A program made the position numbers and the translations under genes. A model generated the notes under the pieces. The model made no database searches and had not been told where the DNA came from. It saw only the letters and a program-made list of their open reading frames with translations. DNA of 46,695 nucleotides, taken from assembly GCA_003022845.1 (NCBI GenBank), contig PXSF01000041.1, forward strand, positions 1 to 46,695. The letters run 5' to 3'. The DNA comes from Halobacteriales archaeon SW_10_66_29 (GTDB lineage: Archaea > Halobacteriota > Halobacteria > Halobacteriales > Haloarculaceae). This document shows, piece by piece, positions 1 through 11,649 of this stretch; position 1 is the stretch's first letter; each line of letters begins with the position of its first letter.

Positions 1-117
1 CGCCTACAATACTATTTCGCCTACACAGTTTACGACGCCCGACCCCGGGGGCACACGGCGGAGTTAACCCAAACGAACTCGTCTCCCGAACATACTATAA
101 CACGGTCGTCTCTGCTC

Positions 118-185
118 TCTGCGGAGACAGACCCGTTCCGCCTGGATTCTCAATTCGAGTGTTCGCGTACGTACAGCCATCAGTA
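118..185 (-). repeat. Copy of dispersed small inverted-repeat (MITE-like) element family, abutting the ugpC stop codon
   Basis: Reverse complement (TACTGATGGCTGTACGTACGCGAACACTCGAATTGAGAATCCAGGCGGAACGGGTCTGTCTCCGCAGA) matches 16014-16081 with 3 mismatches; flanked by TCA at 186-188, which is the ugpC TGA. Confidence 0.85.
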
Positions 186-1328
<1,143 letters not shown>

Positions 1329-1428
1329 GGCGGATCACCGCTGTGCTGTGGTCGGAGTCGGATCATGGGTGGTCAGCGTTCTGTGGTCGGGTTCTGATCA
1401 CGGGTCTCTGTGGTCGTTAGTTGGAGTC

Positions 1429-2334
1429 TTATTTCTGTTGGATGACGAACGCCTGAAGCAGCGGTTTCCGGAACAGGATCAGCAACAGCAGCGGCGGCAG
1501 CAGCGTCAGCATCGAGCCGGCCATCACGAGCGACCAGGACACCTCCCCGCCGACGACGTCGCCTTCGAGCAGTGCCAGCCCGACCTGGGCCACCTGGTCG
1601 GCCTCGGCGTTGATGATCACCAGCGGCCAGAGGTACTGGTTCCAGGCGAACACGAACATGATGACCGACACGCCGACGAGGATCCCCTTCGACATCGGGA
1701 GCAACACGAAGGCCATGAACTTCAGCGGGCCGACGCCGTCGAGTTTGGCCGTCTCGACGATCGAGGAGGGGATCGAGAGGAAGTGCTGGCGCAGGATGAA
1801 CACTGTCGTCGCGCTCGCAAGGTAGGGGACGGTGATCGCGAGCATGCTGTTGGTCCAGCCCATGTCGGCGACCAGCTGGAACAGCGGGATGAACCGGACC
1901 GGCACCGGCAACAGCAGCGTGAACAGGATGAACAAAAAGAGCAGATCCTTGTACGGAAGGTCGTAGTAGACGATTGCCGTCGCGGCGAAAATCGACAGCG
2001 CGAGCTTGCCGATCACGATCACCGTCGCCATTAGAAAGGAGTTCAACATGAACCGGCCGAACTGGTAGTCGACGAGCACGGTCCGGTAGTTCTCGACGAC
2101 GTGGCCCCCCGGCGCGAGGTCCGCGAGGCTCGTCACAATTCCCGTCTGCTTGGTGCTGACGATCGCCGCGACGAGGATGGGGAACACGATCAACAGCACC
2201 GAGCCGACCAACAGCAGGTGCAGGCCGATCGCCTCGAGGTCGCGCCGGTCGGGCAGTGCGAGCGCGGCGGTCTGGCGTCTGGTCGCGCGGAGCAGCCGGG
2301 CCGGGTACTGGATGAGTCCGAGCATGTCAGGCAC
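1429..2334 (-). CDS. ugpE: ABC transporter permease (UgpE-like)
   Basis: Multiple TM helices, EAA loop ETAKLDG, WNQYLWPL motif; overlaps upstream permease. Confidence 0.85.
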   Translation of the reverse strand: MPDMLGLIQYPARLLRATRRQTAALALPDRRDLEAIGLHLLLVGSVLLIVFPILVAAIVSTKQTGIVTSLADLAPGGHVVENYRTVLVDYQFGRFMLNSFLMATVIVIGKLALSIFAATAIVYYDLPYKDLLFLFILFTLLLPVPVRFIPLFQLVADMGWTNSMLAITVPYLASATTVFILRQHFLSIPSSIVETAKLDGVGPLKFMAFVLLPMSKGILVGVSVIMFVFAWNQYLWPLVIINAEADQVAQVGLALLEGDVVGGEVSWSLVMAGSMLTLLPPLLLLILFRKPLLQAFVIQQK

Positions 2335-3211
2335 CGTAGTGCGAGTACTTGTCCGTCAGGCGGAACTGGACGTACATCAGGACGCCGACGACCGCGAACA
2401 GGACGACCGACTTCGCCGAGGCCAGCCCCCAGTTGAAGAAGTCAAACGCCTCCTGGTAGAGGTCGAAGATCAGGATGTTCGTCGCCCCCGAGGGGCCGCC
2501 GCCGGTCATGATGTCGATGAACGCGAACGTCCCGAAGAAGGCGTAGATCGTGTTGAGGATGACGAGGAAAAACAGCGTCGGCGTCATGATCGGGACGTAC
2601 ACCCACAGGAGCCGGCGGAGCCGTCCAACCCCGTCGAGGCGCGCGGTCTCGGTCAGCGTCTCCGGGATGTTGTTCATCGACGCGATCATGAAGATGACGT
2701 TGTAGCCGATCTGTTTCCAGATGGCCGCCACCGTCACGACGACGAACGCCTGGCGGCCGTCGGCGAACCAGTCCAGATCGACGCCGAGCGTCGCGAGCGG
2801 CCCGCTGAGCACGCCCAGCGTCGGGTGGACCAGGAAGATGAACACCAGCGCCGCGACCGCCGGCGGCAGCGCGTACGGCCAGATCGCCGCCACGAGGTAG
2901 ATGCTCTTGCCCGTCCCCACCTCGTGGACGAGAAACGTCAACAGTAGCGCGACGGCCATCACGCCGGCGACGACGACCGCGGCGAAGCCGACGGTGAGCA
3001 GCAGCCGCGACCGGTAGCCGCCCGACGTGAGCAGTTCGGCGAAGTTCTCGAACCCGACGAACTCGTCGTCGAGGCCGAGCTGTGAGCTGTACAGCGCCCG
3101 GCGCGCCGCGCGGGCCGCCGGGTAGTACAGGAACACGAGCGAGACGAGTATCGTCGGCAGGAGCAACAGCCCCGCGGTGCGCCGGTCGGTGTAGATCTCC
3201 CGTGATGACAT
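2327..3211 (-). CDS. ugpA: ABC transporter permease (UgpA-like)
   Basis: FVGFENF, WKQIGYN, ETARLDG and TGGGP motifs typical of UgpA. Confidence 0.85.
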   Translation of the reverse strand: MSSREIYTDRRTAGLLLLPTILVSLVFLYYPAARAARRALYSSQLGLDDEFVGFENFAELLTSGGYRSRLLLTVGFAAVVVAGVMAVALLLTFLVHEVGTGKSIYLVAAIWPYALPPAVAALVFIFLVHPTLGVLSGPLATLGVDLDWFADGRQAFVVVTVAAIWKQIGYNVIFMIASMNNIPETLTETARLDGVGRLRRLLWVYVPIMTPTLFFLVILNTIYAFFGTFAFIDIMTGGGPSGATNILIFDLYQEAFDFFNWGLASAKSVVLFAVVGVLMYVQFRLTDKYSHYGA

Positions 3212-3235
3212 TGCTCGGTGTGAGTCGCCGTCGTC

Positions 3236-4597
3236 TTACCCGTAGTAGTCCTCGAGTTCCGCGGTCGCCTGCTCCTGCATGTCGTCGATCGAGCCCTCGA
3301 GATCGCTCGACCCGATGATGTCGACCGACTGGTCCTGGACGGTGGTCTGGACCTGGCGGGCGGGCCCGAGCAGGATGCGCTTGGTAGCGGGGTCGCTCGC
3401 GTCGCCGTTCCGGAGCTGGTTGAGCGCGGTCTCGTAGTTCGGGTTCTCCTCGAACCAGTTCTCCGACCGGAGCTCCTCGAGTGAGCTCTCCGTGATCGGG
3501 TAGTAGCCGGTCCCTTTGTGCCAGTCGACCTGGACCGAGGGGTCGGCCATGAACTCGAGCAGCTGGCCGATCTCGTCGTAACGGTCCTCCGAGAACCCCT
3601 CGGGGACGTAGAAGGAGGCGCCGCCGATGACCGGGCCGACGCGCGTCTCGCTGATCGTCGGGTACGGCACGGCGTCGACCTCGAACTCGGAGTCGGCGAT
3701 CAGCCCGGCGACCGACGCCGTGCTGGTCAAAAGCATCGCACAGTTACCCTCGACGAACAGCGACGTCGCCTCGCCCCAGGCCTCGATCCCCGGGTTGGTG
3801 TAGAGGCCGTCCTCCTCCATCCCCTGCCACCAGTCATAGAGGTCCGTGACCGCGTCGGGGGCCCGGAACTGCGAGGGGTCGCCGGCGTGGCCGTTCTCGG
3901 CGTCGGTCATCAGCTCACCCTCCAGGGAGTACCAGTGCTCGACGAACCAGACGTGGTTCGGCCAGGTGATCCCGTAGTCGGTGACCCCCTCGCCGACGAG
4001 CGTCTCGGAGGCGGCGCGGACATCCGCGATCGTCGACGGCGGGTCGTCGGGGTCGAGCCCAGCTTCCGCGAACGCGTCGCGGTTGATGTACATGATCGCG
4101 TTCGAGTTGTTGAACGGCATCGAGGCGAGCTCGTCGTCGATCACGAAGAAGTCCGTGACGTTGTCCAGAAAGTCGTCGGTGTCGAAGTCGTCCGGCAGGA
4201 TGTTTTCGACGGGCCTGATCTCGCCGGTGTCGAGCACCTGCTGTGCGAACAGGCTGTCGACCTGCAGCATGTCCGCCATCTCGCCGGAGTCGAACCCCGA
4301 GATGGTGTTCTGCAGCACGTCCTCGTAGGAGTCCTGGAACTGCATCGTCACCTCGATGTCCGTCTCGTCCTGGAAGTCGGCCGCAATCTGGTCAAGTGTC
4401 TCCCCGAGCTGTCCCCCCATCGCGTGCCACACCGTGAGTTCGTCCGCGAGCGGGTCGACGCCGCCACTGCCGCTGTCACCGCCGTCGTCGCCGACGCAAC
4501 CGGAGAGGCCGACGACGCCGGCCGTCACCGCTGCTCCCGCCCCTTTCAGCGCCCTCCGCCGGGATACGCACCGATCGTATGGTTCGTCTGATCCCAT
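3236..4597 (-). CDS. ugpB: ABC substrate-binding Tat lipoprotein (UgpB-like)
   Basis: Tat motif SRRRALK, lipobox LSGC, WHAMGG, PFNNSN and WHKGTGYYP motifs resembling UgpB; ATG at 4597 preferred over the ORF-track start. Confidence 0.8.
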   Translation of the reverse strand: MGSDEPYDRCVSRRRALKGAGAAVTAGVVGLSGCVGDDGGDSGSGGVDPLADELTVWHAMGGQLGETLDQIAADFQDETDIEVTMQFQDSYEDVLQNTISGFDSGEMADMLQVDSLFAQQVLDTGEIRPVENILPDDFDTDDFLDNVTDFFVIDDELASMPFNNSNAIMYINRDAFAEAGLDPDDPPSTIADVRAASETLVGEGVTDYGITWPNHVWFVEHWYSLEGELMTDAENGHAGDPSQFRAPDAVTDLYDWWQGMEEDGLYTNPGIEAWGEATSLFVEGNCAMLLTSTASVAGLIADSEFEVDAVPYPTISETRVGPVIGGASFYVPEGFSEDRYDEIGQLLEFMADPSVQVDWHKGTGYYPITESSLEELRSENWFEENPNYETALNQLRNGDASDPATKRILLGPARQVQTTVQDQSVDIIGSSDLEGSIDDMQEQATAELEDYYG

Positions 4598-4636
4598 ACG
4601 TTCAACGCCCGCTTTCGCCACTAAATCGATTGCTAT

Positions 4637-4688
4637 GATATATATAGTTGGTCGGGTTTTCGATCTTTTCCCTATATACTATATATAC
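4637..4688. promoter_or_regulatory. AT-rich promoter/operator of ugp operon with 9-bp inverted repeat
   Basis: TATATATAG (4639-4647) and CTATATATA (4679-4687) in a GC-rich background, 40-90 bp upstream of ugpB. Confidence 0.55.
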
Positions 4689-4767
4689 CGTGCCCGAGGG
4701 TGGACGTACAGCTACGGGGTCGCACCCGCGGCCGAGACGGCCTCTGGCGCTCGGTTCGGGCTGGCGC

Positions 4768-7700
4768 TCACTCGCCGAGCGCCTCGGCCACCTTCTCGAC
4801 GGGGTGGGGCGGCTTCGTTCCCGATGGCCTGCGAGAGGTCGTAGTGTTCGGCCTCGTAGCCAAAGGAGCCGGCCATGCCACAGCAGCCCGAGTCCAGCGG
4901 GTCGACGGCGTAGCCCGCCCGCCGGAGCACGCCAACCGCGTGGTGGTCTCTGTTCGTCGCCTTCTGGTTGCAGTGGCCGTGGTAGGTGAGCTGCTCCGCG
5001 GGCGCGTCGGTGTCGAGGCCCTCGACGAGGCGCATGGCGTCCAGGAACTCCATGACGCCGTAGGTGCTGGCCGCGACGGCCTCGACACCGGTGCCGTCGA
5101 GCAGGTCGAGGTACTCGTCCTGGAACATCACGGCGTCGGACGGCTCGACGAACAGGACCGACCAGCCCTCGCGGACGAGCGGCGCGAGCGCCTCGACGTT
5201 GGCCGACGCGTGCTCGCGCGCCTGGTCGAGAAAGCCCAGTGAGAACGCCGCCCGGCCCGATGGGTCGAGGTCGGTCGGTACCCGGACGTGGACGTCCGCA
5301 GCCTCCAGCACCTCGACGGCGGCCTTCCCCGGGGCGGGCTCGCTGTAGTTCGTGAACGTGTCCGGGAACAGCAGCACCTTCGCCTCTGCGTCCGACTCGG
5401 GCACGGCGGCGCCACCCCGGTCCTCGAACCAGTCGGTGAACGTCTCGCGGCGGAACGTCGGGAGCTTCCGCTCGGGCGCGATCCCGAACAGCTTCTCCGC
5501 AACGAGGCGTGCGCCGGGGAGCTTCGGCGCGACGTTCGACAGCGGCGCGAGCGCGCTCCCGATCGCCGCCCAGCGGTCGACGTTGGCGAACAGCTTCGAG
5601 CGCCGGCTGGCGCCCTCCTGCTGGTGGTACTCGTGTTTCACTTCGGCTTTGAGCTTCGCCATGTCCACCCCGGTCGGGCAGTCGGACGCACAGCCCTTGC
5701 AGCCGACACAGAGGTCTAACACCTCCGACTGGAAGCGCTCGGAGTGCAGCTCCTCCTCGTCGAGTTCGCCGCTGATCGCCGCCCGGAGCATGTTCGCCCG
5801 GCCGCGCGTGGTCTGGATCTCCTCCTTCGAGGCCCGGTAGGTCGGACACATCACGTCCGAGTCGGTCTGGCGGCAGGTGCCACAGCCGTTGCACAGCTCC
5901 ACGAGGTGCGAAAACCCGCCCTCTTCGGAGAAGTCAAGCGTCGTCTGTGGCTCCAGGGACTGGTAGGCGGGGCCGTACCGGAGGTGGTCGCGGTTGTCCG
6001 CGCCCACGCCGCGGTCGCTGTCCGGCCCCGGGTCCGCCGGGCCGTCCCGGTAGACGACGTTGCCCGGGTGCATGAGCCACTCGGGGTCGAAGGCGGTTTT
6101 CAGCTCCTTGAACGCCGTCCAGAGCTCGTCGCCGTACATCTTGGGGTTGAACTCCGTCCGGGCCATCCCGTCGCCGTGCTCGCCCGAGAACGCCCCGTGG
6201 TGTTCGAGCACCAGGTCGGTCACGTCGTCGGTGATCGAGTGCAGCGCCTCCACGCCCTCTTCGTCCTTGAGGTTGAGGATCGGCCGGATGTGCAGCGTGC
6301 CCGACCCCGCGTGGGCGAAGTACGCCGCCGAGGTGTCGTGGTCGTCGAGCACGCCCTCGAACTTGCCGACGTACTCGGCCAGTTCCTCCGGCGGGACGCT
6401 GGCGTCCTCGATGAACGGGTACGGCTTGGGATCCCCTTCGAGGCTCATCAGCAGCGGGATGGCGGCCTTGCGGAGCTTCCAGATGCGGTCCTGTGACTTG
6501 TCGGTGTACGCCTCGATCACCTCGAAGGCGTCGCCGCCGTCGACGAACCGGGCGGTCGTGTCCGCGACGGCCGCCTCGAACGCCGCGTGCTGGCCCCCGT
6601 GGTCGGCAGCCGCGGCGCCGCCGTCGGTCGCACCCTCGGCTGCGTCGTCAGCCGCCTCGTCGTCGCTGGCAGCCGCGCTGTCGGTCGCGCCGCCGGCTAC
6701 CCCGTCCGCGGGGACGAGTTCGTCGTCCCACTCCAGCATCAGCGCCGCGGCGGTCCCCTCGGGGATCGGCTCGACGTACTCGGCGTAGCCGTCCGAGTCG
6801 GCGGCGAGGCGGAACACCTCGTCGTCCATCAGTTCGACGGCGCTGACCGGGTACTCCAGCGCCTCGGGGACGGCCGACAGCGCGTCGATGAGATCCTCGA
6901 AGCAGTACAGCGCCAGCGCGGTCTCCTCGGGTTTCGTCACGAGTGACAGCGTCGCTTCGACGATCACGCCCAGCGTCCCCTCGGCCCCGACGAACAGCTT
7001 CGAGAGGTTGATCACCGCCTCGCCGTCGTCGTTCTCGTAGATCACCTTGTGGAGGTTGTACCCCGAGACCGAGCGCTTCAGCGTCGGGTAGCGCTCCTCG
7101 ATCTCCGCGCGGTTGTCTTCGACCAGTTCCCGGACCGTCTCGTAGATGGCGGCCTCGCGCGTGTCCGCGGAGACGATGTCCTCGTACTCCGGGGAGTCCA
7201 GCACGACCTCGCGGGTGTGGATCAGTTCGCCGTTGGCGAGAACGACCCGGAGTTCCTCGGTGTAAGCGTCGGTGATGCCGTAGCGGACCGAGTGTGCGCC
7301 CGTCGAGTTGTTGCCGATGCCGCCGCCGACCGTCGCGCGGTTCGAGGAGGCAGGGTCCGGCGGGAACTTCAGCCCGTGCTCTTCGAGCGCGGCGTCGAGG
7401 TGGTCCTGCACCACCCCGGGCTGGACCGTCGCCCGGCGGGCGTCGGGGTCGATCTCGACGACGTTGTCCATGTGCCGGGAGAAATCGATCACGACGCAGC
7501 CGGGGCCGACGGCCTGCCCGGCCAGCGAGGAGCCCGCACCCCGGGGAAGAATCGGGACCTCGTAGGCTGTCGCCCCCTCGATCGCAGCCCGGACGTCTGC
7601 CACGTCGCGGGGTACCACGACGCCGGCCGGCCGGGCCTGGTAGATGCTCCCGTCTGTCGCGTACAGCACCTGTGCGTACTCGTCGAACTGGACCTCGCCC

Positions 7701-7816
7701 GTCACGCGGTCCCGGAGGTCCTCGGCGAGCGCCCGATACCGCGGATCGGGCGGCCGGTCGTGACCGAGCGTCCGGGCCGAGGCGGCACGCATGCGTTGCT
7801 CGTTGCCAGTTGCCAT
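4768..7816 (-). CDS. FAD-binding and 4Fe-4S oxidoreductase (GlcD/GlcF-like fusion, D-lactate/glycolate dehydrogenase family); frame break near 4818
   Basis: RGAGSSLAGQ, GGGIGNNSTG, HAGSGTLH, SGEHGDG, CNGCGTC, CVGCKGCASDCP, HGHCNQK, CCGMAGSFG; the natural-looking end PPHPVEKVAEALGE* is in another frame ending at 4768. Confidence 0.85.
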
Positions 7817-7893
7817 ACCGTTCAGTTGTGAGATTCCCCAAATAAAGCTTCGGCCGCCGCGCAGGCGGGAGGGAGCGAGTAGGGCGGGGTAGT

Positions 7894-8169
7894 TTACAGA
7901 TAGCCCAGCGTTTCGAGTCGTTCGCGCACCGCTTCGTCCTCGACCGGGTCAGCTTCGGTCTCTGCCTCCTGGTCACCGGAGGGCTCCGGCGACTCCAGTT
8001 GTTCCAGCAGCAGCTCCAGCGCAATTGCGACGTACTCGTCGACGGTTTCGAACTGCGTGCCGTCGAGCCTGGCCTCGATGGTCCGCGCCGTGTGTTCCGG
8101 GATCGCGATAGGTCGGTCGCGATCCGGCCATTCCTCGCCAGTACCGTCCGTGTGATCGTGCTCGCTCAT
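7894..8169 (-). CDS. Small acidic CopG/ribbon-helix-helix-like protein (91 aa) with C-terminal RLxxLGY motif
   Basis: MSEHDH...IAIPEHTARTIEARLDGTQFETVDEYV...VRERLETLGYL; ATG overlaps stop of upstream gene. Confidence 0.7.
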   Translation of the reverse strand: MSEHDHTDGTGEEWPDRDRPIAIPEHTARTIEARLDGTQFETVDEYVAIALELLLEQLESPEPSGDQEAETEADPVEDEAVRERLETLGYL

Positions 8170-9314
8170 TGCTCTGATACCCTGGCCGTTTCCAGTACTG
8201 TTTCGACGAGTCGCTCGGTTACGTCGGGCTGTTCCTCGAGGAGTCGCTGGCGCCGCTGTGCCCAGACGTCCTGGTCCAGGCCGGCCGAGACCAACCGCTC
8301 GACGGTAGCCAGCGCCGCCCGCTCGTCGGTGAACGACTGGAGCAGTCCGTACTCCTCTTCGAGCTGCCGGAACACGACCTCGTCGTCGGGACCGACCATC
8401 GTGTTCGTCCTGATCGCCGGCGTTCCCAGCAGCGCTGCCTCCGTCGACATCGTCCCCGAGTCGCCGACGTAGAGGTCCGCGTAGTACAGGACGTGATGAA
8501 TGTCGGCGGGGTCCGTGCCGAGCCGTTCGGCCTCGATGTCGGCGGGAACGTCGCCCTCTGCGGAGACGAACACGCGCCCGTACACCGAGAGGGTCCCGAC
8601 GAGGTCGCGGAGCCCCTCGGGCGACAGCCCGGCGTGACCGACGTCGTGGTAGGCGTCCCAGCCCGCCGTCCGCACCACGAAGTACGGCTCGTCGGGATCG
8701 ATCCCCACCCGGCGAAGGACGGTCGGGTCCGGATCGAAGTATCGCGGGTGGAGGTACGCAAGCTCCTGGAACGGCAGCGGGCGGCGCCGCTGGGGATCGA
8801 TCGGGATCTCCATCTCCGGCGGTGCGCAGACGGTGTCGGCGAACGGGAGCGTCGCCGTGTATTTCAGCAGGCGCATCGGCGTGGAGTCGATGTGGGTGTC
8901 GCTGACGACGACGTGGCGACACCCCTGGAGGGCCGAAACGTGTGCGGGTGCGGGGCCGAGCCGGCTCAGGATGACGTCGGGATCGAACCGGCGTGCGACG
9001 CCGTACAGCCGCCGTTCGCGGACTGCGAGCTCCGCCAGCAGCTCCGGCAGGGAATCGCCCCGCGTCGACAGCGGCCGGTGTTCGATGCCGTAGGCGTCCA
9101 GCAACGGCACCGTCACCTCCTTCTCCCGCGAGGTGACGAACGTCTCGTGACCGCGGTCCTGCAGTTCGGCGAGCGCGTTACGGAACAGGTGGACCTGGGC
9201 CGGGTGGGCGACGTCACAGAGCACGCGCAGCCCCGCGCCGGCGCCAGCGCCGCTCGGCACGGCGTGGTCGGCGTCGGGCCGCGAGAGGACTGCGCTCAGC
9301 GACATCAGGGCCAC
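8166..9314 (-). CDS. DUF354 family (GT-B fold-like) protein
   Basis: HPAQVHLFRN, ELAYLHP and GDSGTMSTEAALLGTP motifs. Confidence 0.8.
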   Translation of the reverse strand: MALMSLSAVLSRPDADHAVPSGAGAGAGLRVLCDVAHPAQVHLFRNALAELQDRGHETFVTSREKEVTVPLLDAYGIEHRPLSTRGDSLPELLAELAVRERRLYGVARRFDPDVILSRLGPAPAHVSALQGCRHVVVSDTHIDSTPMRLLKYTATLPFADTVCAPPEMEIPIDPQRRRPLPFQELAYLHPRYFDPDPTVLRRVGIDPDEPYFVVRTAGWDAYHDVGHAGLSPEGLRDLVGTLSVYGRVFVSAEGDVPADIEAERLGTDPADIHHVLYYADLYVGDSGTMSTEAALLGTPAIRTNTMVGPDDEVVFRQLEEEYGLLQSFTDERAALATVERLVSAGLDQDVWAQRRQRLLEEQPDVTERLVETVLETARVSEQ

Positions 9315-10669
9315 CGCCCGCCGATCCTGTACACCGGGCCGTCGACCGCGTCGGCGTCAAGCGCGCCCCTGCCGTCGAGGATCGGCGCGTCGACGGCGTC
9401 GTAGTCGACCGCTCTGACCGACTCGTGTGGGGTCACGACGACGACTGCGTCCGGATCCCGATCGGTCACGCTGTCGATCGGGACCTGCTCGACGTCGACG
9501 GACTCCCAGTCGCTCAGCACTGGATCCGCACCGCGGACGGTCGCGCCGCGGTCGTCGAGTTGCCGCGCGATCGGCACCGCCGGGGCGTTCCTGAGTTCGT
9601 CGATGCCAGCCTTGTACGTCAGCCCGAGCAACAGGATCTCCGACCCCTCGATGGGTTGGCCGTGGGCGTCGAGCACCGCCTCGAGCATGGCGACCGTGTG
9701 CGACGGCATCCGATCGTTCATCTCGCGGGCCGTGTCGAGCAGGTCGGAGTCGGCCTCGAACGCACCGCTCAGGAAGTAGGGGTACACCGGGATGCAGTGG
9801 CCCCCGACGCCGGGTCCGGGATCGTGGATCTCGCAGAACGGCTGCGTGTTCGCCACGTCGATGGCGTCGGTGACGTCGATGTCGAACTCGCGCGCGTACA
9901 GCGCGAGCTGGTTCGCCAGCGCGATGTTGACGTCGCGGTAGACGCCCTCGAACACTTTCACGGCCTCCGCAGTCGTCGCGTCCGCAACCTCGAACACCCG
10001 GTTCGAGGAGATTTCGTCGTAGATCATCCCCGCGATGCGCGTGCTCTCGGCGTCGACGCCGCCGACCACCTTCGGGTGGGTCCCCCGGATGTCTGCGAGC
10101 GCCTGGCCGCTGACCGTCCGCTCGGGGCAAGCGGCGGCGCCGAACGCCTCGGGGTCGAGCCCGCTCTCCGCGGAGAGCGCCGGAACGACGACATCCTCGG
10201 TGGTCCGGGGCGGCACCGTGGACTCGATGACGACGAGGTCGCCCGGCGACAGCCCCTGCTGGATCGTCCCGACGACCTCCCGGAGCATCGAGAGATCCGG
10301 CTCCCGCTCGTCGGTCAGCAGTGTCGGCACGATGACGACGTGGACGGCAGCGCGGGACGCGGCCTCCTCGCCGCCGGTCGTCGCGCGGAACGCGCCGCGG
10401 TCCACCACGTCGGCGACGAGATCGGGCAGTCCTGGCTCCTGGATGATCGGGGAGTCGCCGTCGTTAATTTGGGCGACGACCTCGGGGTCGACGTCGACCC
10501 CGATCGTGTTCCCGGTGACGTCGGCGTAGACTGCCGCCAGCGGGAGCCCCATCTTGCCGAGTCCGTACACCGCGACGGGCACGTCCCCGCCCGTGAACGC
10601 TGCCCGCTGGTGGAACGGGCTCTCGCCGGAGCGGTACAGCGTTCTGGAGTCCGGGCGGAGATTAGTCAT
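9305..10669 (-). CDS. Nucleotide-sugar (UDP-GlcNAc/ManNAc) 6-dehydrogenase, WbpA/WecC-like
   Basis: GLGKMG Rossmann motif, ESTVPP, CPER, GVGGHCIP catalytic Cys, LGLTYK. Confidence 0.9.
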   Translation of the reverse strand: MTNLRPDSRTLYRSGESPFHQRAAFTGGDVPVAVYGLGKMGLPLAAVYADVTGNTIGVDVDPEVVAQINDGDSPIIQEPGLPDLVADVVDRGAFRATTGGEEAASRAAVHVVIVPTLLTDEREPDLSMLREVVGTIQQGLSPGDLVVIESTVPPRTTEDVVVPALSAESGLDPEAFGAAACPERTVSGQALADIRGTHPKVVGGVDAESTRIAGMIYDEISSNRVFEVADATTAEAVKVFEGVYRDVNIALANQLALYAREFDIDVTDAIDVANTQPFCEIHDPGPGVGGHCIPVYPYFLSGAFEADSDLLDTAREMNDRMPSHTVAMLEAVLDAHGQPIEGSEILLLGLTYKAGIDELRNAPAVPIARQLDDRGATVRGADPVLSDWESVDVEQVPIDSVTDRDPDAVVVVTPHESVRAVDYDAVDAPILDGRGALDADAVDGPVYRIGGRWP

Positions 10670-11649
10670 GTGCGGATCGCCTTCTTCCGTGCGAGTGCGC
10701 GGTTCTCGATCTGTTCGATCACGTCGAGCACCTCCAGGGCGTCCTCGGCAGTGACGACCGGCTCGCTGCCCTCGCAGGCCGCCTCGCAGAACGCGCTGAG
10801 TTCGGCTTTCAGCGGCTCGCCGTTTTTCACCATCGGTCGCTCGACCACGCTCTCGTGGCGGTACCTGATGTCGCCGTCCGATTCGACGTACTCCGGGTGC
10901 GACCGCCGGTGGATTTCGACGCTCTGGCTGATGAAGTCGACGTTGACCCGACAGGAGCGGGCCGTCAGCGAGAGCTGTCGCACCTTCTCCTGGGTGAGCC
11001 GGCTGGCCGTCACCGTCGCGACGCAGTCGTCGGCGAACTGGAACTGGGCCGTCACGTGGCGATCGTCGTGGGCCATCGCGGACAGCGAGTCGATGTCGCT
11101 GTCGACCAGCGACAGCAGGATGTCGATGTCGTGGATCATCAGGTCTTTCACGACGTTGTCCTCGTTGTCCCGGTCGAGCGGCGGCCCGAGGCGGTCGATG
11201 TCGATGCCGACGATATCGAGGTCGGGCACGATGTCAGCGAGCACGCGCGTCGCGGGGTTGAACCGTTCGATGTGGCCAACCTGCAGCGTGATACCGCGCT
11301 GGTCGGCCAGCCCCGCCAGTTCGCGCCCCTTGTTGACGTCGTCGACGAACGGTTTCTCGACCAGCACGTCGACGCCCCGTGCGATGCACTCCCGGACTAC
11401 GTCGTAGTGGTACCGGGTCGGCACGGCGATGGAGACGGCGTCGACGGCACCCAGCAGCTCCGACCGGTCCATCGAGGCGGTTCCGAACTCATCGGCAGCC
11501 GCGCTGGCTGCCTCGTCGTCGACGTCACAGATGCCGGCCAGGCGGACGTCCGGCAGCTCCGCGTACACGCGTGCGTGGTGGTATCCCATGCTCCCGACGC
11601 CGATGACGCCGGCGTTCAGCTGCTCGCTCAGCTCCGGACGTTCAGTCAT
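10666..11649 (-). CDS. Gfo/Idh/MocA oxidoreductase (WbpB-like sugar 3-dehydrogenase)
   Basis: GVGSMG, VEKP, GHIERFNP, DLMIHDID; coupled to the dehydrogenase gene. Confidence 0.85.
   Translation of the reverse strand: MTERPELSEQLNAGVIGVGSMGYHHARVYAELPDVRLAGICDVDDEAASAAADEFGTASMDRSELLGAVDAVSIAVPTRYHYDVVRECIARGVDVLVEKPFVDDVNKGRELAGLADQRGITLQVGHIERFNPATRVLADIVPDLDIVGIDIDRLGPPLDRDNEDNVVKDLMIHDIDILLSLVDSDIDSLSAMAHDDRHVTAQFQFADDCVATVTASRLTQEKVRQLSLTARSCRVNVDFISQSVEIHRRSHPEYVESDGDIRYRHESVVERPMVKNGEPLKAELSAFCEAACEGSEPVVTAEDALEVLDVIEQIENRALARKKAIRT

Noticed and set aside
4790-4830. Programmed ribosomal frameshifts at the frame breaks
   Set aside because: No slippery heptamers seen, and residues appear to be missing, which fits deletion or assembly error better
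6590-6725. Ala/Asp/Gly-rich insertion in the oxidoreductase as a possible intein or mobile insert
   Set aside because: In-frame low-complexity acidic loop with no intein terminal motifs
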